Assembly (NCBI GenBank): GCA_023819145.1
Contig: JAMWCW010000001.1
Span: 154,474 to 218,473, forward strand
DNA: 64,000 nt
Direction: 5' to 3'
Origin: Candidatus Omnitrophota bacterium
Lineage (GTDB): Bacteria; Omnitrophota; Gorgyraeia; DTHP01
Part shown: positions 48,970-58,597 of the stretch, one piece after another
How positions within the stretch are numbered: the first letter of the stretch is position 1
How the letters are laid out: each line of letters opens with the position of its first letter
The notes under the pieces: model-generated
Databases searched by the model: none
What the model saw: the letters and a program-made list of their open reading frames with translations, nothing else
What the model was told of the DNA's origin: nothing
Program-made: the position numbers and the translations under genes

Positions 48970-50922
48970 ATGAAAAGTTTTTTTCTTGCTTTAATTTTGG
49001 GTTTTTTGCTTTTTACGACGTTGGTGGAAGGTGCTTCTCGGGTAGTTCCCTTAGAATATCCTGATATAAGTGAGTTAGAAGATGATAAATTTTTAGACCT
49101 TGTTCAGAGAAAGGCATTTGAGTTTTTCTGGTATGAAGCAAATCCCGAAAATGGGTTAATCAAAGACCGCGCTAACAACTTTGGACCAGATGAATATAAG
49201 ATTTCTTCTATTGCCTCCGTAGGGTTTGGTCTGACCGCGCTGTGCATTGCCGAGAAAAGAGGTTGGCTTACTCACGAAGAGGCATACAACCGTGTGCTTA
49301 CTACCTTAAAGTTTTTCAAAGATAAAATGAAGCGCGAATTCGGCTTTTATTACCATTTTGTGCATATGGATAATGGTGAACCCTTGAGAAAGACAGAAGT
49401 TTCTTCCATTGATACCGCGCTCTTTCTCGCAGGAGCATTATTCTGCGGTGAGTTTTATAAAGGAACAGAGGTAGAGAAGTTAGCAGTTGAGCTCTATCGG
49501 GAAGTGGAATGGGATAAAATGTTAAATGGAGGGACTACCCTTTCGATGGGTTGGAAACCAGCGCACTTGCCCGATGCCGGATTTATTGTTGACCGCTGGA
49601 GTTATTATTCCGAAGCGATGATGCTCTATCTTTTTGCCATTGGTTCGCCGAACCATCCTATACCCAGTGAATATTGGTTTGAATGGATGCGTCCCATAAG
49701 AAAATATAAAGATTTTGTTACGGTATCTTTTCCTGCTTTGTTTGCGCATCAATATTCTCATCTCTGGATAGATTTTCGCAACAAAAACGATGGGATTTGC
49801 GACTATTTTCAGAATTCTGTAAATGCCACTTTAGCCAATCGTCAGTTTTGTATTGATAATATGAATAAGTATAAAACCTACGGCCCTGACTCATGGGGGT
49901 TAACCGCCTGTGACGGACCAGAAGGCTACAATGTCTACGGCGCTCCTCCTTCTATCTATTTACCCAAACATGACGGAACCATTGCTCCTACTGCAGCGGG
50001 TGGTTCGTTAATGTTTACTCCCCAGGAGTCCATTTCCTGTTTAAGAAATCTCTATACCCAACACAAAGAGAAAATTTGGGGAATCTATGGATTTTCCGAT
50101 GCCTTCAATTTAGACAAAAACTGGTTTGCTTCAGATGTAATCGGTATTGATTTAGGAGCGATTGTTTTAAGTATTGAGAATTACCGTTCGGGAATGGTTT
50201 GGGATTATTTTATGCGTAATGAATTTATAAAGAAGGCATTGGAGAAAGCGGGATTTAAAGAAGGGACAAAAAATTTGGTCTGGGAACTGCCTCAGGTGAA
50301 GGCGAAATTTACAGCCAAACCTCCCAAACTTGATGCCGATCTCAAAGAATGGAAAGAGGTTGATTATGTCGAACTCATTCCCCAGAAGCATCTGGAATAC
50401 CTTTATGTTACCGATACGAAAATTGACTTAAGAGGAAAATTTTATTTTATGTGGGATAAAGAAGCCTTGTATATTGCTGCAGAGGTGATAGATAATGAAA
50501 TTATTGGGAGGATGCGCGATAACTTAATTTATAAAGATGACTGTATTGAAATTTTTATCGACCCTAAAAATGATGGTTTTATTTTTAGAAATCCTGATGA
50601 TTTTCAATTCGGTTTTGCTCCCACAGGATTTGAAGGAAAGCCCATTAAGTGGGAATGGTTTCATCAGGACAAATTTCAGGATAAAATAGATTTCGCCATG
50701 AAAGAGCATAAATTAGAAGGGAGAAACGGCTACATCTTAGAAGCAAAAATTCTCTGGGAATTTCTCGGGATAGAACCAGAAAAAGGAGTTGTTTTTGGAA
50801 TATCGCCAGCTATTCATGATGTTGATGAATTGGATAACTCCCCTCAGGCAAAATTAAACTGGTTTTATATCTATCAGGTTAACGACCCAAGAATTATCTT
50901 GGGGCAAATACTGTTGGAATAG
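48970..50922 (+). CDS. Secreted (alpha/alpha)6-type glycoside-hydrolase-like protein (DUF3131/GH144-like) with a C-terminal CBM9-like domain
   Basis: Signal peptide. N-terminal helical-hairpin-rich region. C-terminus with DADLKEWKEVDY...YFMWDKEALYIAAEVIDNE, typical of CBM9-like sugar-binding modules. The assignment is by memory only. Confidence 0.4.
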   Translation: MKSFFLALILGFLLFTTLVEGASRVVPLEYPDISELEDDKFLDLVQRKAFEFFWYEANPENGLIKDRANNFGPDEYKISSIASVGFGLTALCIAEKRGWLTHEEAYNRVLTTLKFFKDKMKREFGFYYHFVHMDNGEPLRKTEVSSIDTALFLAGALFCGEFYKGTEVEKLAVELYREVEWDKMLNGGTTLSMGWKPAHLPDAGFIVDRWSYYSEAMMLYLFAIGSPNHPIPSEYWFEWMRPIRKYKDFVTVSFPALFAHQYSHLWIDFRNKNDGICDYFQNSVNATLANRQFCIDNMNKYKTYGPDSWGLTACDGPEGYNVYGAPPSIYLPKHDGTIAPTAAGGSLMFTPQESISCLRNLYTQHKEKIWGIYGFSDAFNLDKNWFASDVIGIDLGAIVLSIENYRSGMVWDYFMRNEFIKKALEKAGFKEGTKNLVWELPQVKAKFTAKPPKLDADLKEWKEVDYVELIPQKHLEYLYVTDTKIDLRGKFYFMWDKEALYIAAEVIDNEIIGRMRDNLIYKDDCIEIFIDPKNDGFIFRNPDDFQFGFAPTGFEGKPIKWEWFHQDKFQDKIDFAMKEHKLEGRNGYILEAKILWEFLGIEPEKGVVFGISPAIHDVDELDNSPQAKLNWFYIYQVNDPRIILGQILLE

Positions 50923-50985
50923 AAAACTAAAAGTTTGTTATCTGGTGATGTTTGTTTTGCGCGTAACGAGATTAACCCCACTTTT

Positions 50986-51023
50986 GAATTTAGAGTTTCG
51001 AGTTTAGAGTTTAAAAAGTAATG
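50986..51023 (+). repeat. Copy A of a roughly 38-nt conserved element (GAATTTAGAGTTTCGAGTTTAGAGTTTAAAAAGTAATG) ending at the start codon of the ThyA-like gene
   Basis: About 90% identical to 59899-59933. Contains three direct GAGTTT repeats. Confidence 0.6.
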
Positions 51024-51779
51024 TCCCAAAACGATTTCTTAAAGCCCGTTTACATTGATGCTTTTGATTTAGACGACGCCTGGTTTCAATGCCTCTCCCA
51101 GATTTTAGAGCAGGGTTATATCTACACGATTACTCGAGGAAGTTACCAAGGACAGCGAAGATTAGAATTTGATTTTGTTACAGTTAGGGTGCGCAAGCCC
51201 GAGCACCAGATTATTCCCCTTATGCCTGAAGGTTGTGGAATTCCTGCTCCTACCAGTATGGAATATATCCAGAGTTATCTGAGTTATTTACTTACCGGTG
51301 CCAAGACCTCAACCGAGGATTATACCTATGGAGAACGTCTGGTTGAACCAAAGGTAAGAACTGAAGAAACGGTTAATGGCAAGAGAATGGTCAAGGAGAT
51401 GCCTTTAAATTGTAATCAGATAGAAGAGGTTATCAATATCTATAAAACCCAAGGAGAAGGCACGAATCAGGCGATTATGGAAATTGGAATGCCTTCAGAT
51501 ATAAAACTCCTCGACCCACCTTGTTTACGGCTCATTGATACCCGCCTGCGTTATGGAAAGTTGCATTTTATGCTCTACTTTCGTTCTTGGGATCTCTGGG
51601 GAGGATTTCCTTCTAATCTGGGCGGTTTGGAACTGGTTAAGCAATATATGGCGCAGGAAATCGGGGTAGAGAACGGAGAGATTATTGCCTGTTCCAAAGG
51701 GCTTCATCTCTATGAATATGCTTGGGAATGCGCGAAAATTCGTACCAAAAAAATAGACCTCAAAATAGGCGGAAAATGA
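51021..51779 (+). CDS. Thymidylate-synthase-fold protein (divergent, archaeal-type ThyA-like)
   Basis: PPCLRL (catalytic Cys) ...KLHFMLYFRSWDLWGGFPSNLGG...GLHLY aligns with the ThyA core PCH..FQFYV..KLSCQLYQRS.D.FLG.PFNIAS...THLY. Confidence 0.6.
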   Translation: MSQNDFLKPVYIDAFDLDDAWFQCLSQILEQGYIYTITRGSYQGQRRLEFDFVTVRVRKPEHQIIPLMPEGCGIPAPTSMEYIQSYLSYLLTGAKTSTEDYTYGERLVEPKVRTEETVNGKRMVKEMPLNCNQIEEVINIYKTQGEGTNQAIMEIGMPSDIKLLDPPCLRLIDTRLRYGKLHFMLYFRSWDLWGGFPSNLGGLELVKQYMAQEIGVENGEIIACSKGLHLYEYAWECAKIRTKKIDLKIGGK

Positions 51780-53038
51780 GAAGAGTAAAAGCATTAATTT
51801 TAGGAGGAGGACAAGGGAAAAGACTTTTTCCCCTAACCCGTGACCGTTCAAAGCCCGCAGTTCCCATTGCTGGTAAATATCGGCTTATTGACATTTCCTT
51901 AAGTAACTGTATCAACTCCAATATCCGCAATATCTTTGTGCTTACCCAGTTCAATTCCGCTTCCTTAAATCACCATATTAATCACACCTACCGCTTTGAC
52001 TATTTTACCCAGACCTTTGTCGAGATTCTTGCTGCTGAACAGACCATCCAAAATAGAGAATGGTTTCAGGGGACTGCCGATGCTGTAAAAAAGAATATAA
52101 ACCATCTCAATCTGGAAGACAATGATGATGTGCTCATTCTTTCCGGTGACCATCTCTACAAGATGGATTATCACGAGATAATCGCCTTTCACCGTGAGAA
52201 AAACGCTGACTTTACCGTTTCCACAGTAATTATTCCTGCCCATATCATAGAGGAGTTTGGAATTATTAAACTTGATAAGCAGATGCGCTTAAGCGAGTTC
52301 AAAGAGAAACCTTCGCGCAAAGAAATGCCCAAGAGTATGAGTCTCTGCGGAGAATGGAAAGAAAAGTTTAACTTAGATAAAGATAAGGATTTTTATCTTG
52401 CCTCTATGGGAGTTTATGTTTTTAAAGCAGACGTTTTAAAAAAGATTCTTGCCTATACAAGCGCCGTGGATTTTGGTATGCAGGTTATACCCGAAGCGAT
52501 AAAAAGATATAAGGCATACGGTTTTATTTTTGACGGTTACTGGCGAGACATCGGAACGATAAAGTCATTTTATGAAGAAAACATCGCCCTTACTGAAGTA
52601 AATCCCAAATTTGATTTCTTCTCTGAAGAAAGAAAAGTTTTTACCCATCCCCGTTTTCTTCCGCCGGCAAAAATTATAGACTCTCAAATTGTAAATTCTC
52701 TCATTACCGAAGGCTGTTTAATCCAGGGAGCACACATTGAGAAATCAGTTATCGGACTGCGTAGCGTAATCAATAAGAAAGTAACGCTTAAAGAATCGAT
52801 TGTAATGGGTGCAGATTATTATGAAAGAGAGAGTAGCCGGGGAATTATTCCCTTGGGTATCGGAGAGGGTTCGGTTTTAGAGAGGGTTATCGTGGATAAA
52901 AATGCCCGCATTGGTAAAAGAGTAGTTATCAAGAACCTCGAAGGCATAAAACATTTTGATAGTGAAAACTACTATATTCGCGATGGCATCGTGATTATTC
53001 CCAAAAATGCGTTAATCCCTGACTCTACCCAGATATGA
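51776..53038 (+). CDS. glgC: Glucose-1-phosphate adenylyltransferase
   Basis: ILGGGQGKRL...KPAVPIAGKYRLIDISLSNCINS plus a C-terminal LbH domain. ATGA overlap with the upstream gene. Confidence 0.85.
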   Translation: MRRVKALILGGGQGKRLFPLTRDRSKPAVPIAGKYRLIDISLSNCINSNIRNIFVLTQFNSASLNHHINHTYRFDYFTQTFVEILAAEQTIQNREWFQGTADAVKKNINHLNLEDNDDVLILSGDHLYKMDYHEIIAFHREKNADFTVSTVIIPAHIIEEFGIIKLDKQMRLSEFKEKPSRKEMPKSMSLCGEWKEKFNLDKDKDFYLASMGVYVFKADVLKKILAYTSAVDFGMQVIPEAIKRYKAYGFIFDGYWRDIGTIKSFYEENIALTEVNPKFDFFSEERKVFTHPRFLPPAKIIDSQIVNSLITEGCLIQGAHIEKSVIGLRSVINKKVTLKESIVMGADYYERESSRGIIPLGIGEGSVLERVIVDKNARIGKRVVIKNLEGIKHFDSENYYIRDGIVIIPKNALIPDSTQI

Positions 53039-53970
53039 AAATAGTGATTGTCGGTCCGGGTGCCATAGGTTGTCTATTTGGTGCTTTCTTCTTAAAGGCA
53101 GGTGAAGAGGTTTGCTTTCTGGATAAGGATAAAAAGAGAACAGCGGTTTTTGCAAAGAAGGGTATTCGGGTTGAGGGTTTAAGCAATTTTAGAATAAATA
53201 AGATAAAGGTAACACATATCCCCAAAATTGTTAAAGAGGCAGATTTGGTGCTCATTGCTACCAAAGCTTACGCTACCGAATTCGCCATAAGAAATATTTA
53301 TTACTTTCTCTCTCCCCAAACTTTCGTGCTTACTTTACAGAATGGTTTGGGTAATGTGGAGACAATTTCCCAATATGTTCCCTGCCCGCAAATTCTCGCC
53401 GGCGTTACCGCCCAAGGAGCAACTTTTATGGATATCGGACATATTCGCCATGCGGGAAAAGGAGAAACAATCATCGGTCCGATAGTAAAGAGCAAGTATC
53501 AAAAAGTAAAATTAGAGCAGATTGTAGATGCTTTCCATAAGGCAGGTTTTAAAACCAAATTGACCACAAATGTTGAAAGCCTTCTCTGGTCAAAGTTAAT
53601 CATCAATTCCGCAATCAATCCCTTAACGGCGATTACCAAATTGCCCAATGGAAGGCTTTTAGATTTTCCTTTTACCCGCCAGATAATGCAAGAGGTTGTT
53701 GGTGAGGCTTATCGCATTGTGAAAAAAAAGAAAATCCGTTTATTTTACAGCCAACCGTTTAAAGAAGTAGAGGAGGTGTGTAAAAAGACTTACTCAAACA
53801 TCTCCTCGATGCTTCAAGATGTTTTGCATCAGAGGAGAACAGAGATTGATTTTATCAACGGTGTGCTGGTGCGGGAAGGAAGAAGACTAAACATTCCCAC
53901 CCCCGTTAATAGCGTGCTTTTTGCTTTAATAAAAACCCTTGAATCAAGTTATAATTTAAAGGTTAATTGA
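53035..53970 (+). CDS. 2-dehydropantoate 2-reductase family (ApbA/PanE) oxidoreductase
   Basis: MKIVIVGPGAIGCLFG Rossmann N-terminus and a conserved K/N/E layout. Confidence 0.7.
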   Translation: MKIVIVGPGAIGCLFGAFFLKAGEEVCFLDKDKKRTAVFAKKGIRVEGLSNFRINKIKVTHIPKIVKEADLVLIATKAYATEFAIRNIYYFLSPQTFVLTLQNGLGNVETISQYVPCPQILAGVTAQGATFMDIGHIRHAGKGETIIGPIVKSKYQKVKLEQIVDAFHKAGFKTKLTTNVESLLWSKLIINSAINPLTAITKLPNGRLLDFPFTRQIMQEVVGEAYRIVKKKKIRLFYSQPFKEVEEVCKKTYSNISSMLQDVLHQRRTEIDFINGVLVREGRRLNIPTPVNSVLFALIKTLESSYNLKVN

Positions 53971-55091
53971 TGGCTAAAGATAAAAGAAATGTAAAACGCT
54001 TATTTATTGCTGCTACCATGCAGAACGATGGTAAGACGACCATTGCCTTGGGACTTATTTCTGCTTTAAGAAGGAGATTCAAGAAGATTGGGTTTATTAA
54101 ACCCGTAGGTCAGCGCTACCTTTTAGAAGATGGATATAAAGTGGATGAAGATTCGGTGCTTATGGAGAAAGTGTTTGGCTATCGCTGTTGTATCAAAGAT
54201 ATGAATCCTATTGCGGTAGAACGGGGTTTTACTGAGCGCTACATTTTACGTGGGAAAAAAGAGAGTTTAGAGAAAAGAATTTTTAGAGCTTTTGAAAAAT
54301 TATCCCAAGATCAAGATAATGACTTAATAATCATTGAGGGCACAGGCCACGCCGGGGTGGGTTCTTGTTTTGACCTTTCCAATGCTCGGGTGGCGAAGAT
54401 GTTGGAAGCGCCGGTCATTCTCATTTCTTCTGGCGGTGTGGGTAAGCCCATTGATGAAATTCTCTTGAATAACGCCCTTTTTGAACGCGAGGGAATTGAA
54501 ATTCTGGGAGTGGTAATAAACAAGGTTCTGCGCGAAAAATATAAAAAGGTGCGCCGTTTAGTCAGTCTGGGATTGCGAAAGAAAGGAATTGAACTTTTGG
54601 GAGTTGTTCCCTACAACAAAATGCTTACCGCTCCCACAGTGCGCCAGATTGCTGAAGAACTGCGCCTAAAATTCTTAAATTCCTCGGGCAATCTGGACAA
54701 TTTGGTCAAAAAGATTGTGGTGGGAGCAATGGAACCCCATGAGGCGTTAAATTACTTTGAGGATGGTTCTTTGATTATTACTCCCGGTGACCGTGAAGAC
54801 ATTATCCTCTCGGCGATGAGTTTTCATCTTACTGGTAGAGAGCGGGGAAAGGTCATTTCTGGAGTGCTTCTTACGGGAAACCTTATGCCCCATCGGAGAA
54901 TCTTGAGACTTCTGCGTCTGGCAAAGATTCCTCTGTTGATTTCTCCTGAAGATACCTATGCGGTTGCCTCTCGGATTCACGACCTAACCGTAAAGTTAAG
55001 ACCTGAAGATAAAGAAAAGATTAAACAGGTAAGAAATCTTATTGAGCGGTATATAGACATTGATAAAATCTTTGCTTTTCTCAAAGAGTAA
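53967..55091 (+). CDS. Stand-alone phosphotransacetylase N-terminal-like protein (BioD/CobQ-like ATP-binding + DRTGG domains)
   Basis: ATMQNDGKTT P-loop-like segment, IIEGTGHAGVG, and a C-terminal DRTGG-type region. Confidence 0.55.
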   Translation: MMAKDKRNVKRLFIAATMQNDGKTTIALGLISALRRRFKKIGFIKPVGQRYLLEDGYKVDEDSVLMEKVFGYRCCIKDMNPIAVERGFTERYILRGKKESLEKRIFRAFEKLSQDQDNDLIIIEGTGHAGVGSCFDLSNARVAKMLEAPVILISSGGVGKPIDEILLNNALFEREGIEILGVVINKVLREKYKKVRRLVSLGLRKKGIELLGVVPYNKMLTAPTVRQIAEELRLKFLNSSGNLDNLVKKIVVGAMEPHEALNYFEDGSLIITPGDREDIILSAMSFHLTGRERGKVISGVLLTGNLMPHRRILRLLRLAKIPLLISPEDTYAVASRIHDLTVKLRPEDKEKIKQVRNLIERYIDIDKIFAFLKE

Positions 55092-55100
55092 CGTTTCCTT

Positions 55101-55733
55101 ATGCCTAAACACACTATTCCTCAAACGACCATCTATAGACTTTCTTTATACTTGCGCGCCTTAGAGCGTCTGGAAAAAGAAGGAAAAGAATACATTTCCT
55201 CTTTTGTCTTAAGTGTTAAGACGGGGATAAGTTCCCATCAGATAAGGCGCGATCTAAGTTATTTTGGTAAATTTGGTAAAAGTAGATTGGGTTATCGCAC
55301 CAATATCCTTGTAAAGAATATTCGTAAGATTTTAGGCATTGATACCCATCGCTGGAAAGTGGCTTTAATCGGAGCAGGGAATTTGGGTAGAGCCCTTTTT
55401 TCTTACCGCGGTTTTCGTGAACGGGGATTTTTCATCAAAGCGGTTTTTGATGCCGACCCGAGGAAAATTGGAAAGAAGCTTAACGGGATAAAGATTGAGA
55501 ATATCAAGAATTTAATCAACTCTGCTAAAGAAGAGAAATTTGATATCGCGATACTCGCTGTGCCTGCTGATTACGCTCAGGAGACCGCCGAAAAAGCGGT
55601 AAAGGCAGGGATAAAAGCAATTCTCAATTTTGCTCCGGTAAGGATAAATCTCTCCTCGGCGATTATCTTGAGAAATGTAGATTTGTCGATGGAACTGGAG
55701 AACCTCTCTTTTCATCTCAGTAAATTGAAATGA
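55101..55733 (+). CDS. rex: Redox-sensing transcriptional repressor Rex
   Basis: N-terminal wHTH (IYRLSLYLRALERL...SSHQIRRDLSYFG) and a Rossmann GAGNLG. Confidence 0.85.
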   Translation: MPKHTIPQTTIYRLSLYLRALERLEKEGKEYISSFVLSVKTGISSHQIRRDLSYFGKFGKSRLGYRTNILVKNIRKILGIDTHRWKVALIGAGNLGRALFSYRGFRERGFFIKAVFDADPRKIGKKLNGIKIENIKNLINSAKEEKFDIAILAVPADYAQETAEKAVKAGIKAILNFAPVRINLSSAIILRNVDLSMELENLSFHLSKLK

Positions 55734-56725
55734 GCATACTTTTTTTTCTTATTTCTCTTTTTCTCTCTGGGTGTTCTCCCCAAAAAGAGGTTTTTAAGAG
55801 AGAGGAGATGGTTTTAGGAACTTTTGGCGAAATTACCTGTTTTGGTGAAAAAGATTCCTGTAAAAAGGGGATAGATAAAGCCTTCAGAGAGATAAAAAAT
55901 TTAGAAGAGATCCTTTCCTTTTTTAAAGCCGAATCCGATATCAGTTTCCTCAATAATGCCCAAGGCAAGCCGGTAGGCGTAAAGAAAGAAACACTTGAGG
56001 TGCTTAAAAAAGCCAAGGAAATCTCTCAAAAAACCCAAGGTGCCTTTGAGGTTACGGTTGCTCCTTTATTGGCAATCTGGGGATTCTATCAAAAAGAGAA
56101 AGAGAGTTTTTCTCCACCGTCTGGGGAATTAATTAAAGAAACACTTGCTCTTGTGGGGCAAGATAAAATTATCTTGGCAGAGGATACAGGAAGTGTTATT
56201 TTAAAAAATCCCTCAATGAAGATTGATTTGGGTGGACTTGCCAAGGGATACATTGTGGATAGAGCAGTTGCCGTTTTAAAAAAAGAGGAAATAAAAAATG
56301 CCTTGGTCAATTTGGGAGGAGATATTTTCTGTCTCAGTGAAGGAAGAACAGCTAAAGTATGGAAAATCGGCATCCAAGACCCTCAAGCAAAAGAGAAACT
56401 TATCGCCACCTTAAAAGTAAGAAATAAAGCCATTGCCACCTCTGGCCAGTATGAGAATTTCCGCGAATTTAAGGGAAAGAAACTCGGCCACATTATTGAC
56501 CCACGTACTGGATATCCCGTAGAAAACGATGTTTTAAGTGTGACCGTTGTTGCTTCTGACTGCCTTACTGCTGATGCTTTAGCCACGGCTATTTTTGTTT
56601 TAGGAAAAGAACAGGGAAGCGCACTTTTAAAAACCTTTTCCGCGGAAGCAGTGATTATTAGTAAGAGTCCAAAAGGAAAGCGCCTTTGGATAAGTGGGGG
56701 ATTAAAAAATAAAGTTTCCTATTAA
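55730..56725 (+). CDS. apbE: FAD:protein FMN transferase (ApbE family) lipoprotein
   Basis: Lipobox-like LSGCS, DLGGLAKGY and GTSGQYE motifs. Confidence 0.8.
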   Translation: MSILFFLISLFLSGCSPQKEVFKREEMVLGTFGEITCFGEKDSCKKGIDKAFREIKNLEEILSFFKAESDISFLNNAQGKPVGVKKETLEVLKKAKEISQKTQGAFEVTVAPLLAIWGFYQKEKESFSPPSGELIKETLALVGQDKIILAEDTGSVILKNPSMKIDLGGLAKGYIVDRAVAVLKKEEIKNALVNLGGDIFCLSEGRTAKVWKIGIQDPQAKEKLIATLKVRNKAIATSGQYENFREFKGKKLGHIIDPRTGYPVENDVLSVTVVASDCLTADALATAIFVLGKEQGSALLKTFSAEAVIISKSPKGKRLWISGGLKNKVSY

Positions 56726-56753
56726 AAAAAGATAATTTCTTGGTGCTTTCTAC

Positions 56754-56782
56754 TTGACAGAAATTCTTTTTAAAATTATAAT
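56754..56782 (+). promoter_or_regulatory. sigma70-like promoter upstream of pilB (TTGACA-17-TATAAT)
   Basis: Perfect consensus hexamers with a 17-nt spacer, about 60 nt upstream of the pilB start. Confidence 0.55.
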
Positions 56783-56842
56783 AATCACATAAATATAAAT
56801 AAGACAGTTAGTTTCTAAATAACACAGTTAACCATTTTCGCG

Positions 56843-58558
56843 ATGGAAAAGAAATTATTAGGAGAGATTCTTTTAGAAAAAGGTTTCCTTAGTCGTGAAC
56901 AGCTTCAAACTGCCCTTGAGGAACAGAAGAAAAGCGGGGCGCGTTTAGGCCAGATTCTTCTTAAATCTGGTTTTATTACCGAGAAACAACTTGCCATTTC
57001 CCTTGCCCAACAACTCAATCTTCCCCTCGTTGATTTAGATAATGAAAAGATAGATAAGGAAGCAATTTCGGCAGTAAAAGAAGATTTCTGCCTTAAATAT
57101 AAACTCATTCCCTTAAAACTTGAAAACGGCGTGTTAAAAATTGTGATGGCTGACCCCTTTGACATCAATGCCATTGACGAGTTGGCAAAGCAGACCGGCT
57201 ATCGCATTGAGACTCTTGTCAGTTATGAGCGTCAGATTATCCAGGCCATTGATAAATACTATGGCCATTACAGCCCTGTGGATAAGATTATTAGCGATTT
57301 AGAACAGAAAGCCGAGTTTAAGGCAGAAGAAGTGGAACTGGAGGAGGAGAAAAAGGATGTTACCGCCATTGAAGAGGCTGCTCAACAGGCACCCATTGTT
57401 AATTTAGTAAATACTGTGCTTGCCACGGGCATAAAACTCCACTCTTCCGACATTCATATTGAACCCCACGAAAAGCATGTGCGCGTGCGTTACCGCGTCG
57501 ATGGGGTTCTCCAGGAAGGGGCAAAGCTTCCCAAAGAGACCGAACTTCCCGTAGTTTCGCGGATTAAGATTATGTCCAAATTAGACATTGCCGAGAGAAG
57601 GATTCCTCAAGATGGAAGAATCAAGGTGAGAATTGGGAGTGATGAAGTGGATATGCGTGTGGCAACGCTTCCTACTTTACACGGTGAAAAAGTAGTGATG
57701 CGCATTATTGATACAAGCCGTGTCTATGTTGATTTAACCAAACTCGGCTTTCAGCCCGAGACTTGGGAAAAGTATGAGAAACTTATTTCCCGTCCCCACG
57801 GGATAATTCTCGTTACTGGTCCTACTGGTTGTGGTAAAACTTCTACCCTCTATGCTTCCTTAAACAAAATTAACTCCATTGAGAAAAACATTATTACCAT
57901 TGAAGACCCTATTGAATTTCCCCTTCCCGGGGTAAATCAGGTGCAGATTAATCCCAAAGCCGGGCTTACCTTTGCTTCTGGTTTGCGCGCCTTCTTAAGA
58001 CAAGACCCAAACATCATTATGGTGGGTGAGATTCGCGATAAAGAGACCGCTGAGATTGCGGTTCACGCCGCTCTTACCGGGCATCTGGTTTTCTCTACCT
58101 TACACACCAACGACGCTCCCGGTGCCTTAACCCGCTTAATTGATATGGGCGTTGAGCCGTTTTTGGTTTCTTCCTCGGTAATTGGCGTTTTGGCACAACG
58201 CTTGGTGCGGATGATTTGTCCCGATTGCAAAGAAGAGTACAAACCTCCTGCTTCTTTATTTGAACAGTTGGGGATTAAGAAAGAGGGAGATTTAAAATTC
58301 TTTCGGGGAAAAGGTTGTCTCAGTTGTCGCCAGACCGGTTATTTGGGACGAACCGGCATTTTTGAACTTTTGTTGATGCATGAAGAAATTGCCGAACTGG
58401 TCGTGGCTAAAGCCACCAGTCGCGATATTCGCCGTGTGGCTATCAAACAAGGAATGGAAACCTTACGCGATGATGGTATAAGGAAAGCCATTTCCGGCAT
58501 TACCACTTTAGAGGAAGTTTTGCGCGTTACTCAGGAGGAAGAAGTGGTGATTGGGTAA
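56843..58558 (+). CDS. pilB: Type IV pilus assembly ATPase PilB / GspE family
   Basis: Two T2SSE_N repeats, Walker A GPTGCGKT, Asp/His boxes and a tetracysteine CPDC...CLSC. Confidence 0.9.
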   Translation: MEKKLLGEILLEKGFLSREQLQTALEEQKKSGARLGQILLKSGFITEKQLAISLAQQLNLPLVDLDNEKIDKEAISAVKEDFCLKYKLIPLKLENGVLKIVMADPFDINAIDELAKQTGYRIETLVSYERQIIQAIDKYYGHYSPVDKIISDLEQKAEFKAEEVELEEEKKDVTAIEEAAQQAPIVNLVNTVLATGIKLHSSDIHIEPHEKHVRVRYRVDGVLQEGAKLPKETELPVVSRIKIMSKLDIAERRIPQDGRIKVRIGSDEVDMRVATLPTLHGEKVVMRIIDTSRVYVDLTKLGFQPETWEKYEKLISRPHGIILVTGPTGCGKTSTLYASLNKINSIEKNIITIEDPIEFPLPGVNQVQINPKAGLTFASGLRAFLRQDPNIIMVGEIRDKETAEIAVHAALTGHLVFSTLHTNDAPGALTRLIDMGVEPFLVSSSVIGVLAQRLVRMICPDCKEEYKPPASLFEQLGIKKEGDLKFFRGKGCLSCRQTGYLGRTGIFELLLMHEEIAELVVAKATSRDIRRVAIKQGMETLRDDGIRKAISGITTLEEVLRVTQEEEVVIG

Positions 58559-58597
58559 GATTAGTTAAATGGTTAAATAGGTAATGAGATAAAGGGA

